In this document: positions 1 to 11,940 of the stretch, one piece after another | Layout of the letters: every line of letters begins with the position of its first letter | Numbering within the stretch: the first letter of the stretch is position 1 | Assembly: GCA_951406725.2 (NCBI GenBank) | Contig: OX597815.1 | Coordinates: 139,066,001-139,130,000 of the forward strand | Origin: Octopus vulgaris | Lineage: Eukaryota | Direction of reading: 5' to 3' | DNA: 64,000 nt | Program-made: the position numbers and the translations under genes | The notes under the pieces: model-generated | Database searches by the model: none | What the model was told of the DNA's origin: nothing | The model's input: only the letters and a program-made list of their open reading frames with translations

Positions 1-569
1 GCTACTGTCCTTTGTCATTATAGCAGTGGTGCATTTTCCGAACTTTGAACATTCAGTACTAAAAAATACCTCCTCCTTTTCTATGAACATCATGCCTTGC
101 TCCCTACTATTTGCTACTTTTAATACTATTACTTTCGTTAATGTTGCTGTTGTGGTTACTGTTGTTGTTGTTGTTATCAGTATTTTAATTTGCAGCTCCA
201 ACAATAATACATTTACTTGAACTTTGACCTTTCAACATCTAAAAATCCGTCTCCTATTTTCCCCCCTTCCACGTGGTGCTCTGTATCCACGTTTGCAGTT
301 CACCTCCTACTTCTACATTCAGTTTGCTGAATGTGGATCCCGACGGCGTGTTTGTGAAAAAAATGTGTTTATAAACAAAATAAAAAGAGATTTCCCAACA
401 AATTTGTGTTTCAAAGGATGAGAAGAAACAAAGAGCTTACCGAGCATATTCTGAGTTGTGGTTGGTTAAACAAATATCATATATTAAAATTTCAACAGTT
501 AACTTTTGCACATATTAGCAGACGAACAGTTTTACGAGCGCCTCGATGAGAAGTGTTGCTGACGCCACA

Positions 570-572
570 ATA

Positions 573-638
<66 letters not shown>

Positions 639-678
639 GTGATGATGGTGGTGGTGGTGGTGGTGATGGTGATGATGA
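570..678. repeat. (ATG)n/(GTG)n trinucleotide microsatellite
   Basis: Directly visible; explains the poly-I/T ORF 515..703. Confidence 0.95.
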
Positions 679-680
679 TA

Positions 681-920
681 TGCTCTGATGCAGTATCAAG
701 CAATGGCTCTCATGATTTCTGATTTTAACTGATTGGAAGTGTTAACATGTATATATTTTTTCTTAGTGTAAAATATTGGTTACACTAAATATTCTGGTCC
801 AATAGAGTTGATTTGCTTGTCAGATGCTAAATCTTAACCATTTGAGCAAGTCTCTTAGTAGCTGACGATATGTGCATCTCTGATCACGAGCAGGAATAGT
901 TGAGGAATATCATAGCCATG
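681..920 (+). mobile_element. 5' part of dispersed repeat 'family D' (full copy at 27818-28372)
   Basis: TGCTCTGATGCAGTATCAAGCAATGGCTCT...GCTGACGATATGTGCATCTCTGATCACGAGCAG aligns by eye with the reverse complement of about 28130-28372. Confidence 0.8.
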
Positions 921-949
921 TGGGTTACTCTAAATATTCTGCTCATTAC

Positions 950-1574
950 CGTTGATTACAAAGTAGCCCAAAACCTCCACTGGCTACTATGCCGTAAGTA
1001 TGGATATGAGGTTACGGGTGCTCGATGCCAACATACACCGGAAAAGGTAATGGACGAAAAGGGGAAGACAAAAATCCTTTGGGACTTTGATTTGAAGACG
1101 GCGAAGTGTTAGAGCACCAAAGGCCGGATATTGTAACCTTTAGGTGGGACAAACAAGATTGCTTAATAATCGATGTAGCAGTACCAGGAGGTCAATACAT
1201 CATCAGGAAAGAAAGGGAAAAAGTTGATAAATATGGAAACCTAAGAATTCGGATCACTAACATGTGACACCTACAAGAGTTGAGCTCAAAGGTTATCCCG
1301 ATTGACATCGGATCAGTGGGTTCAATACCACCCAATCTGTAAAAAAAAAAAAAAAAAACATAACAAAAAAACAAGTGAAAACTTTAGATACCCTTCAATC
1401 TAGATGTATTGCAAAAGTCGGCATTACTTGGAACTGCACGCATATTGCGTAAAGTACTGGCTGTCCGTCTGAGGTCCTTGTTGTGACTTGGAAAACAGTA
1501 CAAACCCCGGTAGACACAATATTCTTCAATCAACAAGCTGACGATACTTTGCGACATACTTTGCGATGTCTGCG

Positions 1575-1575
<1 letters not shown>
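950..1575 (+). mobile_element. 3' end of a Dong/R4-type non-LTR retrotransposon (restriction-like endonuclease domain), decayed
   Basis: Across frameshifts it translates KVAQNLHWLLCRKYG...HTPEKV...KILWDF...HQRPDIV...LIIDVAVP...KEREKVDKY...LQKSALLGTARILRKVL (PD..D RLE motif). Ends in (TAA)n at 1576. Confidence 0.85.
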
Positions 1576-1669
<94 letters not shown>

Positions 1670-1700
1670 AAAAGAAGAAGAAAAACAACAACAACAAAAA
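1576..1700. repeat. (AAT)n-(AAG)n-(AAC)n compound microsatellite (LINE tail or target)
   Basis: Directly visible. Confidence 0.95.
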
Positions 1701-2856
1701 CCGTTAACGACTGTGGATATTTGACTGGTACCATAACTTTATTCATCCTGTTCATGATAGGACCTACCTCTCTTTAAAAATCATAATTAACTCTTCTGAA
1801 ATATCATATTACACGTAATATGATCGGCATTGCACAAAAAAATATTGTTACGTAGAAATATTTCGTAATATGAGAATTATTTTCTAAGAGTAAATAAACT
1901 AGAAAATACAGGAAAAAGAATATTCAGCTTACTGTCAGCCCGCCTTCTCACTTGGGTTCCTATTCTACTGGCAGGCGATGTTATTTTAGTAAATGACATA
2001 CGTTAAGAACGCAAAACACCTCTGTTGTTTTAATTACTTCACAGAGTAATAAGAAACCTCAAACACACTGTTTGGTAGAAACTCTTGCTGTAAGAAATAA
2101 TACCAGACAACTTCTACCACTCATGCGTTTCGTTCGTCCAACTGCATTCTATTTACATTCGTTTACGCTATTCATAATTTTATAATTCATTTTAAACATA
2201 TGTATATAGTGAGACTGGCAATGTGCTTGGATGTTTGCGTGTGTATGCATGTACTTTTTAGGTGGATGAATCTTCGAATGTATGCGTGTTTTAGTTTACT
2301 GAGGTGTGTGCATGTTTTAATTTACCGATGTGGGCGCGCGCGTGTATATGTATGTATGCTTGTATGTATATGTCCGTGTGTGTACATCTATATATTTCTC
2401 CCTCTTTCTCTGTCTGTTTCTGTCTGCCTGTCTGTCTGTGTGTCTCTCTTTTTCTGCATGTATATATTATTATATATACATATTATATAATACTTATAGT
2501 ATATTAAACCTTTTAATACTTTTTGATAGTTATATAAAAAAAATTAAAAGTTAAAATATTTAAAAAATTAAAATTTAAATATATATATATAAGTATAAAA
2601 TCTTATAAATATAAATTAAAAATTTTAAATTTAAATAATTTAAATTTTATATTTATATTTTATATATTTTGTATATTATCTAAATTATATTTATTTTTAT
2701 GTTTTGGTTTATGTTTTTCCCTGTTTGATTTGCCTAATAGTGGTTTTATCTCTAATTTAATATATATTTATACTGTGAAATTTGATTTAATCCTAAATCT
2801 AATTTTTCCCTGCAAGTTTGGATTTACTCCCTAATATTATTATTATTATTATTATT

Positions 2857-2904
<48 letters not shown>

Positions 2905-3270
2905 CATATATATATAGCGACCTTGCCTTTCCGTCTCAGTATTGAAGCTACGCATGGTACACGTGTTGTGTACTACACCAGTAGAACACCGTTTTATTTA
3001 CGTGCTATTAAGGTAGGAGTAAATCTGCCTTCAACTTAGTCGTGCGCCTGTGTTTCGCTTAATTTTTGCGTGTTTTACTACATAAAGGCCACCAACTGCC
3101 TAACCTGACTAATTACTGATGGAACGTGCCTTAAATATATCATGTTGAATCGTTATTCCCTACACATTTTTCTCTCTCCATTTTTCTTTTTTTTGTACTC
3201 TTTCCATTATTTATCCACCAATACGGTGTTGAACACTCATTATCTTAATATCAATGTACGATATTAACAT

Positions 3271-3345
<75 letters not shown>

Positions 3346-3349
3346 TAAT

Positions 3350-3732
3350 AGTTATCGCCATACTAATATGGCATTCTTAAAAATAAGAATAAGGCTGTCG
3401 CTGATTAGCTCCATGAAGCCATCGCCTCAAGCTAGCTACTTGACACACAAACTGCGTCCGTTATTAAACCTTCGAACAGGGGAGGTCAGCCGCTTCAACC
3501 TGCTAGTCCGACATCTACAGTCATGTTTCAGGGTTGTTGCCCCTTCTCAATGCAGCGTAGTTAGACCTGCAGGTGTCGCTACTGACCGTCTCCGTTCGAA
3601 GATTCTATTTACCTAGTTACGGTGGAATACATCCACTTGTTTTCAATAATAGAAATATTAAAATTACTAAGTCTCTTTAAAAGAGATTACGACAGCGTTT
3701 CTGGAAATTAAAAGTTATCGCCATACTAATAT
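3350..3732 (-). mobile_element. Retrozyme-like or PLE pLTR-like non-coding element with 20-bp terminal direct repeats, inside (TA)n
   Basis: AGTTATCGCCATACTAATAT at 3350-3369 and 3713-3732; internal HHR-like motif; nested self-complementarity (3470-3489 with 3582-3601). Confidence 0.6.
3516..3555 (-). ncRNA. Degenerate type I hammerhead ribozyme motif
   Basis: Minus strand CUGCA-UUGAGA-AGGGG caacaa CCCU-GAAA-CAUG-AC-UGUAG. Stem I CUGCA/UGUAG, stem II, GAAA and palindromic stem III are present; core and cleavage triplet are mutated. Confidence 0.6.
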
Positions 3733-3914
3733 ATATATATATATATATATATTGATAGAAAAGGTAAGACAACAAAACAATGAAAGAGACTTGAGGCTGT
3801 AGTAGAAAATGATGACGGTTATTTTGAATAAGCTGTTATCTCCCAGTCATAATGTAGTGTGCCCTTATGCATGCATACCAGGTTTTTAAGTACTGGAGGT
3901 GATTTGTACGACTA

Positions 3915-3985
3915 GAATTCTGCAGGGCGGTGCTCCAGCATGGCCAAGGGCCGATGACCGACAAATAAAAGATAAAAGAAAAAGG
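3915..3985 (+). mobile_element. 3' fragment of SINE family B
   Basis: GGCGGTGCTCCAGCATGGCC...AAATAAAAGATAAAAGA matches the 3' end of the copies at 6775 and 44686. Confidence 0.65.
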
Positions 3986-4440
3986 GAGATACGCACACAT
4001 ACACACTTACACATGCACACACGCGCACGCATGCACACGCACACACACATATATGCGTGTGTGCGTATGCGTATGAGAAAAAAGTGTCAGTATTAATGAA
4101 GATATATAGAACCTTACATCGAACCACAAAAAGTATTTTAATTTTTTATAAGGAAATGAAATATAATACTGCTGAAATCTACCTTCTCTTTAGCGCTAAG
4201 AATGAACCACATTGTTTTTTTAATTGATTCACGTGTCTTTTAGCATAGACAGGCCAACGAGGTCCCGTGACAATTGAGAATTTGTTCTGAGACAAAATTT
4301 TAAGTAACAGGGATTTGATAGTGGGTTCAGGAATTTATTTTCAGTTATGACTGCTCGAACATGTGTGCTTGTTGGTATGAGTGCTTGGACACGTGCGCGT
4401 GTGACGACATTAACCAGTGATATACATGTACATGTATATG

Positions 4441-4483
<43 letters not shown>

Positions 4484-4909
4484 GTACATAATCTTATATA
4501 GGTATTATATTATCCTTATTTAATGACAATTGTTTTGCAACTTAATAAACATGCATAGATAATTTATTTTACAGTAAGTAATAAATTACTTACATGTTTA
4601 CATTAATATAATCCATCTTTAAGTTAATGTGGATGGAGATATTGAGGTAGCTCTTCGGGTTAAAACTAATCAATGTCAAAACATAATTAGTTGAATCCAT
4701 ATATTTTGTGCGTGTATATAATAGATTCAAAGTGGCTGACGACTAGCATCATGCTTCAAACTCAATTTACTGAGGAATTTGAATCAAACTGCTTTGATCC
4801 ATATACATATATGTATTTCGAGATGGTTATTATTTTGCCAAATAAACACACACACTATATATTCGTTAATCACTCGTTTATTACTGTTCTTATTATAACT
4901 CATGTCCTT

Positions 4910-4955
4910 TGTCCAGAAATCTTTTATCACACATCTGTGACCTCTTCAACGGTAC
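4910..4955 (-). ncRNA. Degenerate hammerhead motif in PLE pLTR
   Basis: Minus strand UUGAAGAG-GUCACA gaug UGUGAU-AAAA-GAUUUCU-GGACA. Confidence 0.5.
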
Positions 4956-6531
4956 TTTCTGTCCTCGTGGGTGCTCCTGCTCCGTTTAGTCCATTATGTT
5001 TTTCTATGATGTGTATCCTTATATGCGTATGCGTTTGTGCCTGTATTTGTGTGTGTCATTGTGTGTGTGTGCCATTGTTCTTTGTAGCACTGTGACACCA
5101 CCACTTAACTCAGTTCCTTGCCCCGTTGCCGCTGCTGCTACCCTTGACCCAGACTTTTGGTACCGTTCCGATATCTCTCTGTCTTTGTATGTTCGCCTGC
5201 GCTGCTACCATCGTGGTAGTTGTTGTTGCCGCTGTTGCTGTTGTCACGTTGTTCATGTTACTGTATATGTGTTTGTGTGTGTGTATGGGTTCGTTTGCTA
5301 CGTTTGTATCCGTTCCCTTTAAATAGTTTTAACATTTTTTCTGTTATTTATTTTTATTTCTTATATTCATCATAGTTATGTGTCTATTCTGTGTACTACA
5401 CTGTTTGTATCTGTTTGGTCTCCGTTCTGTCTTTAGTCGTCATCTTGTGTAGTGTGGTAGTGGGTGGTATTGTTCCATTCGTGTTTTCTGTTGAGGATCG
5501 GTCTGTCTATTGCTAAGTGTGTAGCCTCTGTGATCTGTCTAAGAGTCGTGACAATTCTATGTGTTGATAATACCTTATCCTCTATTCTATCAACCAAGCC
5601 TCAATTTTCTGCTTGGGCATGTTGGTAGAGTACTGAATAGCCCTCTCTTCTTTGAGATCCAGTCAGTGTTCACCTGTACGCTACCCTGTGCTGCGGGTTG
5701 TCTCTTCAATGCAAGTAGTTGTCATGTTTCTGCACCGTCCTTCAATACATCGTAAATTATACACTATATTCCTAACCTTATAGTCAACCTATGGGTTCAT
5801 CCTACATACTATACAATTGTTCTCTGTACATGGAGACCAATCGAAGAGATAAGTTCTACAGATCAGGGATTTTATGGGGTACCAGGTATTTATACTACTT
5901 TAATCCGTAGATTAGCCTTGTCTAATGCTTTTCCAAAATTGTATGCTAGTTTGCCGCCAGGAATACCATCAACGAACGTGACACTCTGGTATATTTTTTG
6001 CCATACCATGAGTTGTCCTTCTCTATCGTTTTTCTGGTCCTTTCTGTGCTGTTCCAGGTTCTACTCCTGTATACCGGGCAGATCCTCTTTGCATCTCTCT
6101 CTATAATGGCTTTGTAATTTGCCCTAGTTCCTTTCTACGCACTAATCCCGTCCCTTTTGTTTTGTTACGAGAGAACTGCATACAGTGGATGAAATGTTGT
6201 ATGTGTCCTTCCAATTCTATAGGGTCGCATATGCGAGACACATTCCTCATCGCTCTCACCAAGTCTGCTATAAGAACGTGACAAACAACGACAACAGCAA
6301 CAGTAGCAACAACAACAGCTACGATGGAAGCAAGTGGGCGAACACATAGTGCTACTAAGAAAAACTACTCACACACACGCACAAAACTACACACACACAC
6401 ACACACACACAAAGCCATACACACGCACACAAACACAAAATACGGACGCAAACACATGCGCATATAAGGATACACATCATAGATAATCAGAATGGACTAA
6501 GCGGAGCAGGAGTAGACACGAGGACGGAAAG

Positions 6532-6575
6532 TGTCACTGAAGAGGTGACGTATCAGTGAGGAAAGATTTCCGGAC
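6532..6575 (+). ncRNA. Degenerate hammerhead motif in inverted pLTR
   Basis: UGUCA-CUGAAGAG-gugac guauca gugag-GAAA-GAUUUCC-GGACA; intact CUGANGA and GAAA, decayed stem II. Confidence 0.55.
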
Positions 6576-6742
6576 AATGGACGTGAGTTAGAATGAGAAG
6601 AGTTACAAACGAGTGAATAATGAATATATAGTGCGTGTGTTTATTCTGAAAAAGAAAATGAGATGACCGTTCTGAAACACAAAAATATTCGTTTCAACGC
6701 ACGGTTTCACATCAGGAATCTTGCAACATAAATTCATAAACG

Positions 6743-6774
<32 letters not shown>

Positions 6775-6776
<2 letters not shown>

Positions 6777-7190
6777 ACTCTTTTTACTCTTTTACTTGTT
6801 TCAGTCATTTGACTGCGGCCATGCTGGATCACCACCTTTTAGTCGAGCAACTCGAACCCGGGACTTATTCTTTTGTAAGCCCAGTACTTATTCTATCGGT
6901 CTCTTTTGCCGAACCGCTAAGTTACGGGGACGTAAATACACCAGCATCGGTTGTCAAGCAATGCTAGGGGGACAAAAACAGACGCACAAACATATACACA
7001 CACACATACATATATATACATATATACGACGGGCTTCTTTCAGTTTCCGCCTACCAAATCCACTCACAAGGCTTTGGTCGGCCCGAGGCTATAGTAGAAG
7101 ACACTTGCCCAAGGTGCCACGCAGTGGGACTGAACCCGGAACCATGTGGTTGGTAAACAAGCTACTTACCACACAGCCACTTCTACGCCT
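6775..7190 (-). mobile_element. tRNA-derived SINE family B, full length
   Basis: Minus strand begins GTGGCTGTGTGGTAAG (box A) ... GGGTTCAGTCCC (box B), has CCTTGGGCAAGTGTCTT centrally and a (GTAAAAGA)n tail; highly similar to 44686-45091. Confidence 0.9.
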
Positions 7191-7212
7191 ATAGCCACTT
7201 CTACGCCTATGA

Positions 7213-7283
<71 letters not shown>

Positions 7284-7437
7284 GAATAAGAAATAGAAGA
7301 TCCTAGTACAGTATTATATATTTGAAAAAATGAATAGAAATAGTTTATCTGATAATTTTTCCACTTTAAAAATTAGATGTTTGTAAGTTGAAGTCTAAAA
7401 TTTATCAGAAAAGCAATTTATCTTCATTTTTACCAAT

Positions 7438-7481
<44 letters not shown>

Positions 7482-7526
7482 TGTGTTATGTGTGTGTATG
7501 TATGTGCATATATATATGTATGTAGG

Positions 7527-7597
<71 letters not shown>

Positions 7598-7896
7598 TCA
7601 CTGTTTTCCCGAACATTTATACTACTTCGTGTATCTTTCGTCTATTAATGAAGCGAGTCTGAGCCCCATAGAAAGAATCATATCACATAGTCACTATGAA
7701 TTTATTTAACTGATTGTTTTCTTTTGTTTTTATATCAGTGATAGTGACCTGTTCAAGCATAAATTTATAGTACCTATTACGACTTGCTTTAGTCCAACTG
7801 GTATGGACTAATTAATGGTGAGAGATAGAGTGGAAGAAAGAGAGGAAAGAGTGAGAGAGATACTAATTGTAGGTAAATGAAAAGTAACAAAAATAA

Positions 7897-8078
7897 GGCG
7901 TCGAGCTGGCAGAAACGTTAGCACGCTGGGCGAAATGCGTAGCCGTATTTCGTCTGACGTTCTGAGTTCAAATCCTGCCGAGGTCGACTTTGCCTTTCAT
8001 CATTTCAGGATCGATTAAAAAGTACCAGTTACGCACTGGGGTCTATATAATCGACTTAATCCATTTGTCTGTCCTTGT
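7897..8078 (+). mobile_element. tRNA-derived SINE family A (3'-truncated)
   Basis: GGCGTCGAGCTGGCAGAAACGTTAGC (box A) ... GAGTTCAAATCC (box B) ... GCCGAGGTCGACTTTGCCTTTCATC...AAGTACCAG central domain; more than 12 copies in the window. Confidence 0.9.
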
Positions 8079-8081
8079 CTC

Positions 8082-8121
8082 ACCATAATTGCATTATCGA
8101 GTTAATGTAGTATATTTTCAC

Positions 8122-8161
<40 letters not shown>

Positions 8162-8201
8162 GTGAAAATATACTACATTAACTTGATAATGCAATCATGG
8201 T
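8082..8201. repeat. Near-perfect palindrome: 42-bp arms around (TA)n
   Basis: ACCATAATTGCATTATCGAGTTAATGTAGTATATTTTCACAG versus the reverse complement of 8160-8201; 2 mismatches. Confidence 0.9.
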
Positions 8202-9470
8202 TTTATAAAGTCTACTGGTGATGGTCTCGCCTTCGGATTGCCTAGAGTTCAATACTACTCACGAAGTCTTTTGTTAGCTAGGAGTATTTGTATCTGCAGA
8301 GAGTTTTAGAAGTATTTTGCCTTTATTAATAACCCTTTGTTCTGACAGATGGATAGATAGATTTCATATCCCAAATCTCTTTCTCTGCTTTGTTGCTGTA
8401 CTTCCATTCGGAGTCATTCTTACTAAACCAGCCTAAAATTTCAATAAACTTGTGGGTTTAATGAGGAATTCTGATACAAGATATCTTTTTACTGCTACTG
8501 GTTCTACAATAGTGACTTTAGAATGACTTTCAAAACGTTGCTCTGCTAAATCTTATTATTCTTCATTGTGTAAATGCTTATCATGAGACAATGTTAACTC
8601 ATATACATCTTTTACGCTGACAAGTTGCATTCCAATTTATTGACAAGCTCGTGGATATTATTTATGCCTCTTGTGTTTCTACTTGGTAAAATTCCAGGAA
8701 ATCATTGCAAACTTCTGGCCATAACATTTTTTCAAATTTTGTTCGTTTCGTTCTCGGTTACTTCGTCCCAGGCTACTTCAGTATTATCTACGCTTGTCTT
8801 AATATAGTAGTTTCTTTAATGACTCCTGATATATTTCTTGTTTTAGCCACCCGATTTTTCAAAAAGCTGTTTGAAGTGGTTTCAGTTGTAATTGGTCTTC
8901 GTATTAATAATTAGATACTGTTACATGGGTTAGAGTAAGAGAGAAATGTCTGATGCTAGTTAAACTCCATTGATAAGAATGTAAGTCTGAAAGGTATCAA
9001 AATTTTGGGTTGGCCTGCAACAATATTATTAATCACCCATTTTGAAGCCATGTTCTCGGCATTTCAAACCATTCTCGGAGAATTTCTATTGACACCCAGA
9101 CTTCCTAGTTTGATGAAGTTTGGTATTCCCTCCATTGACTATGGTGTTCTGAATATTAAACGTGCACCGACTTCAGCTTGAATATTCCTGAAGCTTTAAT
9201 ATTATTAAAGCAATCATTTTATCCTTGGAAAACAAAAGTACGAGATAGCATTCTTTTCAAAAACCAAACCAGTTTCATCTACATGGACAACAGGTTAAGA
9301 AGAGAGTTGTCAGGCTTCTTAATATTCTTAAGAGCGTAAGAAGCGTATTTACTTCCTATGTGTACTTGCAGTTTCTCTACATATTGAAAGAGGATAGTTT
9401 GTAAGTTATGCAAACAATTGAAACTATGAAATCCAGCTCTACTTTCTGTGAACACTTCTTAATTATTACC

Positions 9471-9596
9471 TTCTTCTTCTTCTTCTTCTTCTTCTTCTTC
9501 TTCTTCTTCTTCTTCTTCTTCTTCTTCTTCTTCTTCTTCTTCTTCTTCTTCTTCTTCTTCTTCTTCTTCTTCTTCTTCTTCTTCTTCTTCTTCTTC
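9471..9596. repeat. (TTC)n microsatellite, about 42 units
   Basis: Directly visible; source of the poly-F and poly-E ORFs. Confidence 0.97.
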
Positions 9597-10794
9597 TCCT
9601 CTAATGGTGATCATACTATTTTCCATTACGATACGTTGGCCTCTAGAACGTATTACGTTTTGTGGTGTCTCACGTGGCAACCTTATCATCCCATTATTTT
9701 CAAAAATATATTCCAGACATGTCATTTTTTTTCTCCTAATGACAAGTCTGTAGTGATACAATAGAATATGTCACCATTTTTCACGATGGTTTTAATCATT
9801 GATGCGGCCAAGTTTAGCACAACCACATACATCTGGCTTACACCAACTAATTGTACTGACTCGCGAATGTACTTTCTGCACTGGATTAATAAAGAAAAAA
9901 ACAGCATGACTAATTTGGCTGCATTCGAAAGTATACATCAGTATGACTGCAAATTTCTTAAGTTCCTTCAAAATTTAATTTCCTATGATAACACCGTTTT
10001 CTTAATTTCATTTACAAGGAAAACGTTTTTGCGAAGTACATTTACTTCCATTTTATTGGAATTGCATAGGTAAGACTGTAAGAATGATATTCTAGGTTTT
10101 CTTTACATTTATTTTACCTTTTATTATTCTGCACATTTTTTGCGCGACAATTTTTTTCTCATTTCACATTGAAATAATTTACTATGGGAAAAAGAAGTTG
10201 AAGATTTGATGGCGCAAGAAAAAGAATAAACCAAAACAATAAAAAGTCAGAGAGAAGAAGAAAAGTAGGTAAAATTTGAGGCAAACCTAACAGATAAGAT
10301 CTTACGTGCCTGAACACGAACATACAAAATATCTGCAGTATCAAAGAGAATGTCAGGTGATATGAAGAGAGAACATGGTTGTTGAAGAGCGCGCTAATCA
10401 TATGGGACAACATCGAGAAAGAAAGAAATTCTGTAAAATAAGAAGAGTTAAGTACAGCGGTGAGAATTTCCGGAGAATTTTTCAACGAGGAATCGAGTAG
10501 GACGAGAAATCATGAACGGAAATCAGTTGCTTTACAATGCGAAATATCCAAATAAGAAGAAAACGTTAAAGAGGACTTGGCAATCCTGTGATTCCACATT
10601 AGAACGAACAAGTACTTTTTTCAATAACTTCAATCCGTTATGTACGCTGATTATCAGAAAATCATTGTCACAGGAAAGAAATGTAATGAGGACATACAAA
10701 TGTACGCGTCAAATTAAAATAATAGAACCACGAAACGTGGAACATTTAATGATTATCCTATTTATAAATAATTTAGAGTAATCCCGATGAAAAT

Positions 10795-11193
10795 ATTGGT
10801 TTCACATTTTAGCACAAGGCCAGCGGTTTTGGAGGACTCCAGTGTTTGACTCGTCCTTATTTTATCGACAACGAAAGGCAAGTCGGCCTTGGCAGAATTT
10901 GAACTCAGAACATAAAGACAGACAAAATACTGCTGAGCATTTTGCCTGGTGCTCGCATTTCTTATTTCTTTACTGTCTACAAGGGGCTACACACAGAGGG
11001 GAGAAATAAGGACAGACAAACGGATTAAGTCGATTACATCGACCCCAGTGCGTAACTGGTACTTATTTAATCGATCTCGAAAGGATGAAAGGCAAAGTCA
11101 ATTTCGGCGGAATTTGAACTCAGAACGTAGCGGCAAACGCAATACCGCTAAACATTTCGTCCGGCGAATTAACGTTTCTGCCAGCTCGCCGCC
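10795..11193 (-). mobile_element. Two tandem SINE family A copies (10795-10953 decayed; 10958-11193 full length)
   Basis: Reverse complement of the family A consensus (…GGAATTTGAACTCAGAAC…CTGCCAGCTCGCCGCC). Confidence 0.88.
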
Positions 11194-11334
11194 TTATTCC
11201 CAATGAAAATACTATTTTTAAGGAAACAAAGAATTATAGCGAATCAGCGTTGTACGAGGCAACTTTAAGCGGCATATTTCTGTTTGTCTCTTTATTTCTC
11301 TACCTACTTATCTATCTTGTCTATCTATATCCAT

Positions 11335-11548
11335 ATCTACCTACCTACCTACCTACCTACCTACCTACCTACCTACCTACCTACCTACCTACCTACCAAC
11401 CTACCTACCTACCAACCTACCTACCTACCAACCTAACTACCTACCTACCTACCTACCTACCTATATCTACCTACCTAAATACTTACCTACCTACCTACCT
11501 ACCTACATACATACATACACATACATACTATATATATATATATATATA
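11335..11548. repeat. (CTAC)n/(ATAC)n/(TA)n microsatellite
   Basis: Directly visible; source of the PTYL ORF. Confidence 0.95.
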
Positions 11549-11639
11549 GTGTAAAAAATAAAATATATGCATACATACATATATGTACGTACCTACATCT
11601 ACATGTTTATATACATGCATATATAAATATATATACGTG

Positions 11640-11940
11640 AGTACAGGACACCACAATTAGGCGTAGAATTCAACGAGAAACGAAAACGAAAAAACAAGCA
11701 TGGAACGGACCTTTTTTTTTAACAACGAAAAAACTGTGTACAAGACAAACTACACAAGGAAAAATCCCCTTCATCAGCTGTCCCTAGTTCAACTCCAGCG
11801 TGTTTCGAAGGTGCAGACAGAACACGACTCGTCGAACTAGCCCTTCCTGCGAAGAAATTAAATAAAATTACGTCGCAGAGGGGTAAAAACAAGGAAAGAA
11901 AAGAATGTGACACAAACAGGACGTAAAAACAATACAAGTA
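11640..11940 (-). mobile_element. Dispersed repeat family E (probably PLE-terminus derived), homologous to 60613-60765 and to the arms at 41946/42478
   Basis: GTACAGGACA...GAGAAACGAAAAC...TCCCCTTCATCAGCTGTCCCT is shared with 60613-60765; 11781-11865 aligns with 41945-42030. Confidence 0.65.

Larger units (their letters stand above)
4823..6720 (-). mobile_element. 5'-truncated Penelope-like element: GIY-YIG remnant (about 5450-6170), 3' pLTR (about 4823-5340) and inverted pLTR copy (about 6200-6670)
   Basis: Minus-strand translation NIVYNLRCIEGRC...IEETTRSTG*RTGEH...LRQITEATH...PILNRKHEW is homologous to 15880-16190. Segments 4823-5060 and 6430-6670 are reverse complements, and each carries a decayed HHR. 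Confidence 0.75.

Noticed and set aside
9408-9764. Poly-F and poly-E ORFs
   Set aside because: Produced by a pure (TTC)n tract.
8200-10780. Possible very old LINE (L1/Tx1-like) on the minus strand
   Set aside because: Only faint motif hints; no RT or endonuclease motif could be read reliably.
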